Assembly (NCBI RefSeq): GCF_035084215.1
Contig: NC_090340.1
Span: 42,284,001-42,348,000 of the forward strand
DNA from: Heptranchias perlo
Taxonomy: Eukaryota
Length of the DNA: 64,000 bases
Direction of reading: 5' to 3'
Positions within the stretch are counted from its first letter, which is position 1. Each line of letters begins with the position of its first letter. The notes below the pieces were generated by a model, which searched no databases, was not told where the DNA came from, and saw only the letters and a list, made by a program, of their open reading frames with translations. This document shows positions 23,483 through 36,367 of the stretch, in pieces. The position numbers and the translations under genes were made by a program.

Positions 23483-24297
23483 AAAAGGAAGGGGGGATAT
23501 TGGAGTCAGAAGAGCAGGGGGCAATGTGGGGCTGGAGAAATTGGAGTGATGGAATGGGACGAGGCTGTGGAAGCATTTGTAGATGAAAACAAGGATATTA
23601 AATTTAATGCACTAGGGGACAGGGAGCCAACAGAGGTCAGTAAAGGTAGGAGTGCTAGGAAGCAAGACTTACTGAAAGACGATACAGGCAGCAGAGTTTT
23701 GGACAAGTTGAAATTTATGAAGGATGGGTGCCCAGCAAGGAGATGTTGGAGTAGTTGAGTCTAGAGGTGAAAAAGGCATGGATAAGGGCATCAGTGGTGG
23801 AGAGGCTAAGTAGGGGTGGAAGCTGGTAATGTTGTGAAACTGGAAATGAGTGGTCTATCTGATAGGTGGAATGTGGGGTTTAAAGTTCAGGTTGGAGTCA
23901 AACAGGAGATCAAGGCTGCACAAATTCTGGTTCAGCCTGAGCAAGTTGCTGAGGAAGGGGGTGGAGTCAGTGGCAAGAGAGTGGAGCGTATGGCAAAGGC
24001 CAAAAATAATGGCTTTCGTTTTCCCCATGATGAGTGGAAGAAAGATATGGCTCATCCATGACTTGATGTTGAACAAGCAGTCTAACAGCACTGAGAGTGA
24101 AAGGGTCAAAAGAAATGGTGGAGAGATAGAGCTAGGTGCATGTGGGAACTGACATGTGCCTGTGCAAACTGACGGTGTGCCTGTGGAAGCTGCTGAAAGA
24201 TTTTGTGTGGATGAGGAAGAGGACGGTGCCTCTGAGAGACCTCGGGAGGTGATGGTGCAGGGGAAGGATGAGAAGCCCTTGCTGGAGATGTGCCGAC

Positions 24298-24375
24298 GAT
24301 CAGCCATGATCTAATTGAATGGCGGAACAGGCTCGAGGGGCTGAACGGCCTACTCCCATTCCCTTGTTCCTATGA
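24298..24375 (+). mobile_element. CR1 3'UTR fragment
   Basis: gatcagccatgatctaattgaatggcggaacaggctcgaggggctgaacggcctactcc, like 38995-39070. Confidence 0.7.
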
Positions 24376-27300
24376 CTATGTTTGGAGAGGTAAGAGTGAA
24401 ACCATGCAAGGGCTAGATGACAGAGGAGAGGCAATGGATGAGAATGGCATGATCAACTGTCAAACACTGTACAAGGTCGAGGAGGACAAGAAGGAATAAA
24501 CAGTCACAGTCACAAAATATGTTATACTACACTTTAGCTAGGGCAATTTCAGTGTTGTGCGAAGGAGGGAAGCCGGACTGGAGAGATTCAACAGGGAGTT
24601 TTGGGAGAGATGGGCACAGAGCTGGGAAGCAATGACTCATTAAATAATCTGAGGGGAAAGGCAGGTTAGAGGTGAGACAGTGGGTGGATAGGTGGAGGAG
24701 GGGGATGATGATGGTCATTTTCAAAGGGAGAAAGATGGTACTTGAGAAAAGGGAACCATTGATAATGTCAGCTAGTATGGGGGCCAGGATGAGAAGTTAA
24801 GTAGTCAGAAGTTGAATGGGAACGGGAACAAAGGATCAGGAGGCAGGTCTCATGAAGAGATGAACTCTTTTTTAAAAAAAATTTGTTCTAATTTTTTGGG
24901 CGATACTGCCAAAAGCGCATTTATTGCCCATCCCTGAGAAGGTGTTGATCATTCTTCTCCTTGGACAGCTGCAATTCATGAGGTGATGGTGCCCCAGTGA
25001 CTGAAAGCACAACGATATAGGTCCAAGTCGGGATAGTGAGTCACTTGAAGGAGCAGGAGATGGGGGAGAAATTGTAAAATGAAAGTTTGGTGCTAGAATG
25101 AGTGGGAAAGTGGGGAAAGGTTAGGGGATGGAGTGAGAGGAAGAAGAGGAGGCAGCCGCCCAGATCATCTCTACCTTAAAAATGAAAAAATTCATGAGCT
25201 CCTCACACTTTGAGGAATGTGGAGGAGGCAGGACAGACGGAATTAAGGAGTCATGGAAAAAAGGAATCTAGGATTTCCCTTGCCCTCAAATGATCCTTGA
25301 GTAATAGTTGGTTTTGGTTTAGGAGAAGGAAATATGGTTGACGAGAAGGCCTGTTGTGTGCTCAAGTACACTCAAGCTTGCGCTCCTCTGACTTGAGGGA
25401 GCAAAAATGAGGACTGTTCCAGAGGGAACCACCGGGCTGGGAAACACTGACTGATTTGTTGAATATGAGTGCGAAAGAGGGGGGAGAGCAATTTAGCAGC
25501 TTCACAACTGCAGAGGTATCATGACATGGAGGGCCAGAAGACAAGGAGTTGGGAATTTAAGTGCAACTTGTGAAGGAACTTGGGAATAGTTATTTCTATC
25601 GGTGAATGGTTAGAATAGTGGGTGTAGAGGAGGGTACAGGGATATGGGTGGTATGGGAGATGGGGAAGTGGTTAGAGACAGCCTTGTCAGTGATTATAAT
25701 CTCAGGTGTCGAGAGACCAAGAGAAATAACTAGGTCAAGGGGTTGCCAAGAATGTGGATGGGGGAGTTTACATGAAGGGTGAGATTGAGAATGGGAGAGC
25801 AGTTAAGTCTGAGGAGAGGAGTTGGGGGGGTGGGGGTGGGGGGGTAAGGGGGTTAAAGTGTCAGTTGAAGTCACTGAGGATGGGAAATGCTTGGTGCAGA
25901 GACTAAGGGAGGAGAGAAGAAAGGGCATCTTGGTGATAAGGTTGATTCGGGGTTTTGGAGGGCAATAAATGATTTAGAATAAGAGAGAAGAGCCCGTAGC
26001 TCACCTGAAAAATGTTTGGTGCCCAAGTAAAAAATCTTAGACCTGTGGCTAAAATATTGAGAGTTTACACTGTAACTCTGTTATCCTGCAGAATATTTCC
26101 CTTCAATGCAACCATCTATCAGTGTCAAAAGATAATATTGAAGCTTAACTACATTCATCACTCAAAGAAAATATCAGAGAAAAGTGTTCCCCTTTCTCCC
26201 CCACTCTCCCACAAATAGGCCTTGCACAAAACTGCAGGGGTCCAGTTTCATCCCTTCACCACTGGCTCCTTATAGTGACTGAGTAATGTCCAAATGTAAG
26301 AAAACTGAAAACACTAACACAAGAATACAAATGGATTTTAACCTTATTGTACCTTTTGTAAAAGTGATTTGTGCATTACAGCAACACTTTGCAGCAATGG
26401 GGAAAAACGTTTCTCACCTTGTAACACTTTGACAGCTTGTCTGGAATAGATTGACTCCAGAGACCAAGAAGTTGTAGAAAACTTATTTATATTCATGCTT
26501 AGTAGAAGACAGCTCTGCAGTTGTCTCCATGCACAGTGTCAAAATGACTAGCTCCACACTTGCAATGTTTAGCTAACAGCTTTGTAGGATTTTCAGTATT
26601 CCCACTTGGACCAAAAGCAACATTTAGTTAACATTAAGAAGCTTTCACAAATAATTCTGAATCTTTTTCATTTTCACATTTAAAATCATTTTAGAGATAA
26701 TCACATGCCAGACATCAACTTTTGGCCTTAATTCCTTATTTGCAATTCATGTTTAGTTTTTCAAATATTCTGGATACAAGATTTGCATTGCATATCTAAT
26801 ATAATGTATTAAATTTAGTATGTGGGATGTGCAATCCATTGAAAACACCCACGGTAACCTTCATTTTTGTGAAATACCATTATAAAATATTAATTTTAGA
26901 GCTGTCACATAACTTCTGCCTGTCACATAGCACCCACTGTTTTAGTGAATATCCTGCAGGATAGTCATCTCTATGTTTTCCCTACAAATCACTTAAAATG
27001 CTTTCTGAAAAAGATTTCATCCACCATTTGTTTCTTTGTAACTGAAATTTCTAATGTCTAAAATTACGGTTTAAACAAAAAAAGGAAATCAAAAAATTGT
27101 ATCTTTCACAACATGATTAAATTTACCCATTGAATTTTTTTTGTGTCTTTGTGTGTCTACAAAAAGTATTTTCTGGGTGTGGGTGGGCAATAAGATCCTC
27201 AGGGGAGTTGGTGGGGGGTATCCTTTGCATCTTAACTACATTTAAAACCTGTTCAGGGGGTCCTTACATTTGATAAATTACCTCTTCAAGGGCGTCTCAC

Positions 27301-27872
27301 AGCACTATTCCCCGGAGCAAGGTTAGACCTGATTCCAGAGTTATACAGCAAGTTTAGTGTTGGTGCAAGGGGAAAACCACTTAATAGCAACTTTGAAGCT
27401 GTGGTTAAATGCACTCTTCATGTGAAATCTTAACTGGAAAAAAACAGGTCTTTGAAGATAATAGAAATGAAATCACTCGCTTTACAATTTAAGGAAAAAA
27501 GCATACGCCTTCTTGACACAAACTATACTGTATCACAAAAGCTTTTAGACCTGTCGCAGAGTTGCTTGTGGGTATTTTTTCCTTTAAAGCCATTCTATAA
27601 CATTAAAGAACCAACAGGTGATTTATGAAAATAGAAGTGTTGCCAACACCTGAGAAATTGTTACAGTATCTGTAGCTTAAATGTGCATCATGCTAAGGTT
27701 TGCAGGTCTGCAGAACACCATGATTTGAGGGCTATGGTAGAATTTTATTCTGGCAAGTATACACTTATAACTTGTGTTGAGAGAATATGGCAAACGGATT
27801 GTTTTGTCAACTCGTACATTTGTGCAACTTTCCTCCAATGTTCACCATCAGAAAACAAACTCCAGAGATACA

Positions 27873-28596
27873 GGGCCAGATTTTGCTGCGAGCGGCGAAC
27901 GAACGTTTGTTCACAAGTAATTAGTTCACAAATAATCAGTTAGTTAGGCTTGCACTTGCCCACAGACTTTCTATGGGGTTTTCAACGGCTAGTTGCTGTC
28001 AGCCAAACATTGCATCGAGGACCTGTGCGAACAGGGCGAGCAACTATGTATCTCCTCAACCAATCAAATTGAAGAATTATTAATGAGAAGTGCAGAGTCT
28101 GAACCAGGAAGTGCAAGTTGGAATAGTGAATTCAATGTCAAATCAGAAAGCGAAATAAAGAGAGGGAAAGAAAGATTGGATAAAAAGAGAGAAAGAGAAA
28201 TAAATAATTAAAAGCTGAAGGAATTACACACCACACTTGTAAAAGTTAATTCTTAGTGTCAGAGAGGTTGTTTGGCAGTAATTAAGACTTATCACGCAGT
28301 TAAAAGGGTAATTAGACTGAAAAGGGCAAGCCCTAACTTTTTGTGGCAAATTTAGTCCGTATCGACTACACAAGCACAGGAACTTCATGCCGTTCAATAC
28401 ATTTGAATGGGGAGCCAAATAGCGAGATGCCATTTTCGCGCAGCTTACGGAGGGGCAGCGCATCTCGAACAGCAACTTCCGGATCTTTTTCGTTTAACTG
28501 CGCATGTGTGCTCGCTGGAAATTGCTGTCCGATTTGCGCATAAATGACGGTGAGCACTGTTGGCCTCACCGTTATTTTCACAGCAAATTCCAGCCC
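27873..28596. mobile_element. Harbinger-like MITE
   Basis: TIR GGGCCAGATTTTGCTG / CAGCAAATTCCAGCCC with CpG-rich ends. TSD not clear. Confidence 0.7.
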
Positions 28597-28677
28597 TATG
28601 TGTTGAACGTACAAACTTTGATAGCTGTACATAATCAATACTCTACATTAATGTAATACATCAATATTGAATTTATC

Positions 28678-31600
28678 TTTTTTTTTTTATTTGTTCATGG
28701 GATGTGGGCATCGCTGGCGAGGTTGACATTTATTGCCCATCTCGAATTGCCCTTGAGAAGGTGGTGGTGAGCCGCCTTCTTGAACCGCTGCAGTCCGTGT
28801 GGTGACGGTTCTCCCACTGTGCTGTTAGGAAGGGAGTTCCAGGATTTTGACCCAGCGACGATGAAGGAACGGCGATATATTTCCAAGTCGGGATGGTGTG
28901 TGCCTTGGAGGGGAACGTGCAGGTGGTGTTGTTCCCATGTGTCTGCTGCTCTTGTCCTTCTAGGTGGTAGAGGTCGCGGGTTTGGGAGGTGCTGTCGAAG
29001 AAGCCTTGGCGAGTTGCTGCAGTGCATCCTGTGGATGGTACACACTGCAGCCACTGTGCGCCGGTGGTGAAGGGAGTGAATGTTTAGGGTGGTGGATCAG
29101 GTGCCAATCAAGCGGGCTGCTTTATCGTGGATGGTGTGGAGCTTCTTGAGTGTTGTTGGAGCTGCACTCATCCAAGCAAGAGGAGAGTATTAAATCACAC
29201 TCCTGACTTGTGCCTTGTAGATGGTGGAAAGGCTTTGGGGAGTCAGGAGGTGAGTCACTCGCCGCAGAATACCCAGCCTCTGACCTGCTCTCGTAGCCAC
29301 AGTATTTATATGGCTGGTCCAGTTAAGTTTCTGGTCAATGGTGATCCCCAGGATGTTGATGGTGGGGGATTCGGCGATGGTAATGCTGTTGAATGTCAAG
29401 GGGGGGTGGTTAGACTCTCTCTTGTTGGAGATGGTCATTGCCTGACACTTATCTGGCGCGAATGTTACTTGCCACTTATGAGCCCAAGCCTGGATGTAGT
29501 CCAGGTCTTGCTGCATGCGGGCTCGGACTGCTTCATCATCTGAGGGGTTGCGAATGGAATTGAACACTGTGCAATCATCAGCGAACATCCCCATTTCTGA
29601 CCTTATGATGGAGGGAAGGTCATTGATGAAGCAGCTGAAGATGGTTGGGCCTAGGACACTGCCCTGAGGAACTCCGGCAGAGCCCATGGAATCCAGGGTG
29701 CCTTGGCACTTTGGATACAAAACTGGCTTAGTGGCAGAAGGCAGAGGGTGATGGTCGAAGGTTGTTTTTGTGACTGGAAGCCTGTGGCCAGTGGGGTACC
29801 ACAGGGATCGGTGCTGGGTCCCTTGCTGTTTGTGGTCCACATTAATGACTTGGATATGAATGTAAAAGGTATGATCAGTAAGTTCGCTGATGATACAAAA
29901 ATTGGTAGGGTGGTAAATAGCGAGGAGGATAGCCTCAGTCTGCAGGACGATATAGATGGGTTGGTCAGATGGGCGGAACATTGGCAAATGGAATTTAACC
30001 CGGAAAAGTGCGAGGTGATGCACTTTGGAGGGACTAACAAGGCAAGGGAATACACAATGAATGGGAGGACCCTAGACAAGACAGAGGGTCAGAGGGATCT
30101 TGGTGTGCAAGTTCACAGATCCCTGAAGGCGGCGGAACAGGTAGATAAGGTGGTAAAGAAGACATATGGGATACTTGCCTTTATTAGCCGAGGCATAGAA
30201 TATAAGAGCAAGGAGGTTATGATGGAGCTGTACAAAACACTGGTTAGGCCACAGCTGGAGTACTGTGTGCAGTTCTGGTCGCCACACTACAGGAAGGATG
30301 TGATCGCTTTGGAGAGGGTGCAGAGGAGATTCACCAGGATGTTACCAGGGCTGGAGCGCTTCAGCTATGAAGAGAGACTGGGAAGATTGGGTTTGTTTTC
30401 CTTGGAGCAGAGGAGACTGAGGGGGGACATGATTGAGGTGTACAAAATTATGAGGGGCACAGATAGGATGGATACTAAGGAGCTTTTTCCCTTCGTTGCG
30501 GGTTCTATAACAAGGGGACATAGATTCAAGGTAAAAGGCGGGAGGTTTAGAGGGGATTTGAGAAAGAACTTTTTCACCCAGAGGGTGGTTGGAGTCTGGA
30601 ACTCACTGCCTGAAAGGGTTGTGGAGGCAGGAACCCTCACAACATTCAAGAAGCATTTGGATGAGCACTTGAAATGCCATAGCATACAAGGCTACGGACC
30701 AAATGCTGGAATATGGGATTAGAGTAGACAGGGCTGATGGCCGGCGCGGACACGATGGGTCGAAGGGCCTCTCTCCGTGCTCTATAACTCTATGACTCAA
30801 TGCCCTGGGGCTGAGATGATTGGCCTCCAACAACCACTACCATCTTCCTTTGTGCTAGGTATGACTCCAGCCACTGGAGAGTTTTCCCCCTGATTCCCAT
30901 TGACTTCAATTTTACTAGGGCTTCTTGGTGCCACACTTGGTCAAATGCTTCTTTGATGTCAAGGGCAGTCACGCTCACCTCACATCTGGAATTCAGCTCT
31001 TTTGTCCATGTTTGGACCAAGGCTGTAATGAGGTCTGGAGCTGAGTGGTCCTGGCGGAACCCAAACTGAGCATTGGTGAGTAAGTGCCGCTTGATAGCAC
31101 TGTCGACGACACCTTCCATCACTTTGCTGATGATTGAGAGTAGACTGATGGGGCAGTAATTGTCCAGATTGGATTTGTCCTGCTTTTTGTGGACAGGACA
31201 TACCTGGGCAATTTTCCACATTGTCGGGTAGATGCCAGTGTTATAGTTGCACTGGAACAGCTTGGCTGGAGGGGTAGCTAGTTCTGGAGCACAAGTCTTC
31301 AGCACTACAGCAGGGATGTTGTCGGGGCCCATAGCCTTTGCTGTATCCAGTGCACTCAGCCGTTACAGAGCCTCCTCCTCACGTTAGTTGTTTAATTGTC
31401 CACCACCATTCACGACTGGATGTGGCAGGACTGCAGAGCTTTAATCTGATCCGTTGGTTGTGGAATCAGTTAGCTCTGTCTATAGCATGCTGCTTCTGCT
31501 GTTTAGCATGCATGTAGTCCTGAGTTGTAGCTTCACCAGGTTGGCACCTCATTTTTAGGTACGCCTGGTGCTGCTCCTGGCATGCTCTTCTATACTCCTC

Positions 31601-31897
31601 ATTGAACCAGGGTTGATCTCCTGGCTTGTTGGTAATGGTAGAGTGAGGAATATGTCGCGCCATGAGGTTGCAGATTGTGCTAGAATACAAATCTGCTGCT
31701 GCTGATGGCCCACAGTGCCTCATGGATGCCCAGTTTTGAGCTGCTAGTTCTGTTCTGAATCTATCCCATTTAGCACAGTGGTAGTGCCACACAACACGTT
31801 GGATGGTGTCCTCAGTGCAAAGACGGGACTTCGTCTCCATGAGGACTGTGCGGTGGTCACTCCTACCAATCCTGTCATGGACGGATGCATCTGCCAA
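28678..31897 (-). mobile_element. LINE family B, minus strand, internally deleted near 31365 and split by a CR1 insertion
   Basis: Reverse complement of 15570-17305 plus an endonuclease end (GRSDHRTV). Poly(T) tail at 28678-28693. Confidence 0.9.
29681..30798 (+). mobile_element. Young 5'-truncated CR1 inserted antisense into family-B RT
   Basis: Uninterrupted 339-aa frame ([20 protein letters not shown]) to the natural stop, with a ctctatga-type tail. Host sequence rejoins as ggcag|(c)aatgccc. Confidence 0.93.
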
Positions 31898-32610
31898 TGG
31901 TTATTAGCTATCTTTTTACAAAATGTATCTGGTCTATCTTTAATCTATGATGGTTATAGTTTACAAGTAATCTGTGCCCCTGTATAGGTTACAGTATTTT
32001 TAAACAGTCTTTTTTTTTAAAAAAACTTTGTTTTATGCGTTTAAAGCCTATACAATTAGTAAGTTGTACCATCCATCAAGGTTACCTAATATATAGCATA
32101 CAATATGTATGGTGGGCTTTATTTTCTATTTAATGTAGTTCGCACATTCAGAGATTGTCTCCAGTAGATGGCATAGTAAGAGCTATTCACAACACACATA
32201 TTGCTGTAGCGGTTAAAGTTTACACCAACTACTTTTCTCAACTGTTCATCTACTGAGTTGGTTCCACTAGATATAATTAGATAATTTAACCCTGTTTTGA
32301 CACCTACAATAATTTCCATGACGAATGGTAGTGTGCGCACTCAAATGAGCTGTAGCTCAACATGAAAAAACATGTAATGAGTAGAGGCCATTCAGCTCAT
32401 CAAGCCCATTTATTCTGTAAACAATGCCCCATCATGGACTTTGGTCATTTATTTAATATTCTGAGGGCAGTTCTGCAACACTCTCTGAACCTCCAATATA
32501 ATCAAGCAAAATTGTACCTCCATTATTCAACCCTAGGTGACCTAGAGAAGGACAAAAGGGAAACTAGTGTTTAAAAGAAAATTACAAAAGAAAAAGATGT
32601 GTGAAGTGGA

Positions 32611-33161
32611 ATAAGAAATAGAAGCAGGAGTAGGCCAATCGGCCCCTCGAGCCTGCTCCGCCATTCAATAAGATCATGGCTGGTCTGATCCTAACCTCAA
32701 ATCTAAATTCATGTCCAATTTCCTGCCCGCTCCCCGTAACCCCTAATTCCCTTTACTTCTAGGAAACTGTCGATTTCTGTTTTAAATTTATTTAATGATT
32801 CAGCTTCCACAGCTTCCTGGGGCAGCAAATCCCACAGACCTACTACCCTCTGAGCGAAGAAGTTTCTCCTCATCTCAGTTTTGAAAGAGCAGCCCCTTAT
32901 TCTAAGATTATGCCCCCTAGTTCTAGTTTCACCCATCCTTGGGAACATCCTTACCGCATCCACCCGATCAAGCCCCTTCACAATCTTATATGTTTCAATA
33001 AGATCGCCTCTCATTCTTCTGAACTCCAATGAGTAGAGTCCCAATCTACTCAACCTCTCCTCATATGTCCACCCCCTCATCCTCGGGATTAACCGAGTGA
33101 ACCTTCTTCGTACTGCCTCGAGAGCAAGTATGTCTTTTCTTAAGTATGGAGACCAAAACTG
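32611..33161 (-). mobile_element. CR1 3' fragment
   Basis: QFWSPYLRKDILALE...TRGHNLRI...GYGERAGNW plus 3'UTR. Confidence 0.9.
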
Positions 33162-34041
33162 TATACTGGAGAGTTTATTGATAAAATGAATTAGTAGAGG
33201 ATTACAATAGGAGAAGACAGATCCTAGCATCCATGAGGGATCTACTCAAATCTCTCACACAAAATATTCTTCTCTATAGTTACACAGCTTGCTAGGAGTG
33301 ATATTTGATTACTTTTATTTTTGCTAATGCAACTTACATACAACTATGCATTGAAACTTAATATGTAGGTATTAATATTTATCTTATAAATGGGGAGCAA
33401 ATTGCATAATCATGCATTCAAAGTGGCCAGATGGTGTTGCAAACAGATGGCCTTGAGAGCTGGCAAAATAAACTATTTTCTATGCTGGTGTTTTTAAAGT
33501 TCAGATTATAGTATACTAAATCTGGCTCTCTTATCCTGGTGGCAGAGTTGTAGACCCATGAAAAACTGGGTTACAAGTCTGTCACAGGGCTATGGGAACT
33601 GGATTTAGTAAGGTAGAAAGCAGAATGTCAGTCTCCCAGAATCTGACCATAAACAACATCAACAGAAAAGAGGTGATGGTGCAGCATTACAACTGGAAGA
33701 AAAGACTGAGTGAAGGAAGAGCTCCCCACAGGATTCCAGCTGGAAAAAAACTGATTTTAACAATGAAAACCTAGAATTTCTCAAAGCACAATGGTAAATG
33801 AAACAGGTTTCCTCATAAACTTGGTCTGAAATCATTATTCACTTAAATATACATACTTAAGGTGAAAAGATGAAGAGCTTCAGCACATGCAGAGGGCAAG
33901 GTCAAAGACACATAATATCTCTGCAATTTTTGGATGGCGAGATGGTGCTGTTATGCTGCTACTGATTTTATTAGTAAAAGGTAAGCAAGAAAATTAGTTC
34001 TAGATTTAGCACTTGTGAGTAGCACAGCAGCTGGGAGTATA

Positions 34042-34200
34042 ATGGCAGAATTAGGAGCTAGATTTCTGACATGTATGGCATGTATAATGTGGGATATCCT
34101 GGATTTGCAATGTATCCAGAGGGAGTATATGTGCCTGAAGTGTCAGGATTATATTACTTGAGCAGAGGAATACTGAGCTTGAGAAATAATCAAACTTCAA
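34042..34200 (+). mobile_element. CR1 ORF1 zinc-finger relic
   Basis: MAELGARFLTCMACIMWDIL...YMCLKCQ, with the same Cys spacing as ORF1 at 44531. Confidence 0.55.
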
Positions 34201-34280
34201 TGGAGCAATGCAAAGAGCAGACTAAATCTACAGCAGTGTTTTTGGGAGCTATCTAAAAACCTTGTTTTAGAATTGGGGGG

Positions 34281-34370
34281 GGGGCAAAATTCAACTTCGG
34301 CAAGGGCGCAAAACAGCCAATCAAATGACAACCCCCCGTTTCATTCCATGCAAAAGTTGAATTGAGCCCC
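34281..34370. mobile_element. Tiny TIR element (90 bp)
   Basis: ggggcaaaattcaactt / aagttgaattgagcccc. Confidence 0.6.
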
Positions 34371-34412
34371 AGCTGTCGTCTTTGGTTCTGTATCAGTGAG
34401 AAAAGCCCAAAA

Positions 34413-35546
34413 TGCCCACTACACTAGAGATCACGGCATCTCTACAAACTGCCCACTACGCCAGAGATCACGGCATCTCCACAAACTGCCCACTACGCCA
34501 GAGATCACGGCATCTCCACAAACTGCCCACTACGCCAGAGATCACGGCATCTCCACAAACTGCCCACTACGCCAGAGATCACGGCATCTCCACAAACTGC
34601 CCACTGCACCAGAGATCACAGTATCTCCACAAACTGCCCAATGCACCAGAGATCACAGTATCTCCACAAACTGCCCACTACGCCAGAGATCACGGCATCT
34701 CCACAAACTGCCCACTACGCCAGAGATCACGGCATCTCCACAAACTGCCCACTACGCCAGAGATCACGGCATCTCCACAAACTGCCCACTACGCCAGAGA
34801 TCACGGCATCTCCACAAACTGCCCACTACGCCAGAGATCACGGCATCTCCACAAACTGCCCACTGCGCCAGAGATCACGGCATCTCCACAAACTGCCCAC
34901 TACACCAGAGATCACGGCATCTCCACAAACTGCCCACTGCACCAGAGATCACGGCATCTCCACAAACTGCCCACTACACCAGAGATCACGGCATCTCCAC
35001 AAACTGCCCACTGCACCAGAGATCACGGCATCTCCACAAACTGCCCACTACGCCAGAGATCACGGCATCTCCACAAACTGCCCACTGCACCAGAGATCAC
35101 GGCATCTCCACAAACTGCCCACTACACCAGAGATCACGGCATCTCCACAAACTGCCCACTGCACCAGAGATCACGGCATCTCCACAAACTGCCCACTACA
35201 CCAGAGATCACGGCATCTCCACAAACTGCCCACTGCACCAGAGATCACGGCATCTCCACAAACTGCCCACTACGCCAGAGATCACGGCATCTCCACAAAC
35301 TGCCCACTGCACCAGAGATCACGGCATCTCCACAAACTGCCCACTGCACCAGAGATCACGGCATCTCCACAAACTGCCCACTACACCAGAGATCACGGCA
35401 TCTCCACAAACTGCCCACTGCACCAGAGATCACGGCATCTCCACAAACTGCCCACTACGCCAGAGATCACGGCATCTCCACAAACTGCCCACTGCACCAG
35501 AGATCACGGCATCTCCACAAACTACCCACTACATCAGAGACCACGG
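34413..35546. repeat. Minisatellite, 37-bp unit, ~30-31 copies
   Basis: Unit TGCCCACTRCRCCAGAGATCACGGCATCTCCACAAAC. Confidence 0.97.
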
Positions 35547-35888
35547 TGCCCCCCCCCCCCGGGCGATCTCCGAAGCGCCCCCCCCCCCCCCCCCCCCCCC
35601 AGCGATCTCTGACACCTCAATGACTGGTCCGAGTTGATCCCCAACATCCCCCACCCCCCCCACCCCGATCTAAAACTTGCCTGCTGGCATCCGCTCCCTG
35701 GTTGCTCTCCCATCCGACTGACAGCCAGCCTGTCAACCTGGCTGGCCTGTCGGGCGGGAGACTTGCAGAAAAAAAATGAAAGCCTTCCTTATGTCAAAAT
35801 TGTAAGGACGTCTGGGTAACCCGTACTTCCAGGTTTCCAGTCAGGAATTCCCCTCCTCCCAATCCCCCGCCCTCTTCCCGGCTCCCCA
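35547..35888 (+). mobile_element. Partial MITE related to the right half of 594-1368
   Basis: gacagccagcctgtcaacctggctgg matches 1199-1230; tacttccaggtttc resembles cacttccgggtttc. Confidence 0.55.
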
Positions 35889-35921
35889 TCATCTCCACAA
35901 GCTGCCCACTACAGAGATCAC

Positions 35922-36367
35922 TGGGTAAGTTTTAACAGTGAGCCAGGAAGGGAGGTGGGGTGGGGTTCTGTCTCACCAGGTAAGCTTGCTGGGCCTGGGT
36001 GAAGCACTCCTGCTCCTCCGGGCCCACAAGCAGTGCAATAATGGCCCTCACCATTATTGGTCCTTCCGGCCAGCTTTTACCTGACATGACTGGGAAGCAA
36101 TGGGAAACCCAAACAGCTAAGGTTAAATTGTTTTATTATTCCAATGCACAAAATATTAAGTATCTCAATGAGGTACATTGCACTTTTAAGCATCAGCCAG
36201 CTGGCTTTAAGAGGGGACGGGACTTCCTGGTGTCTGCTCTCCGCAGGCAGACAAACCTGCCCGAGTTAAATCCAGAAGCAGGCATGTTGGAGCCGGCATA
36301 CGGTCCCGCTCTGAAAATGGAGTATTTTTATTCCCCACCCGCCCCCAACCTATCCGTTCTTTACTCC
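35922..36367 (-). mobile_element. Internally deleted inverted copy of the 594-1368 MITE, inserted in a minisatellite unit
   Basis: The reverse complement aligns colinearly with ~610-1010. Flanked by gagatCAC| ... |CACatctcc. Confidence 0.85.

Larger units (their letters stand above)
23160..25990 (-). mobile_element. Degenerate L2 LINE carrying small insertions of CR1 and family-B 3' ends
   Basis: Minus-strand peptides SLQSGFPPSHNTEIALAKV, LLDCLFNIKSWMS, KTKAIIFG, LFDSNLNFKPHI. Purine-rich + strand. Boundaries approximate. Confidence 0.6.

Noticed and set aside
26350-26560. Possible minus-strand exon ending AAG|gtgag at ~26419
   Set aside because: Short frame with no recognisable protein and no partner exons.
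29190-30023. 277-aa minus-strand ORF as a novel chimeric RT
   Set aside because: Accidental read-through from the antisense of the CR1 insertion into the family-B RT frame.
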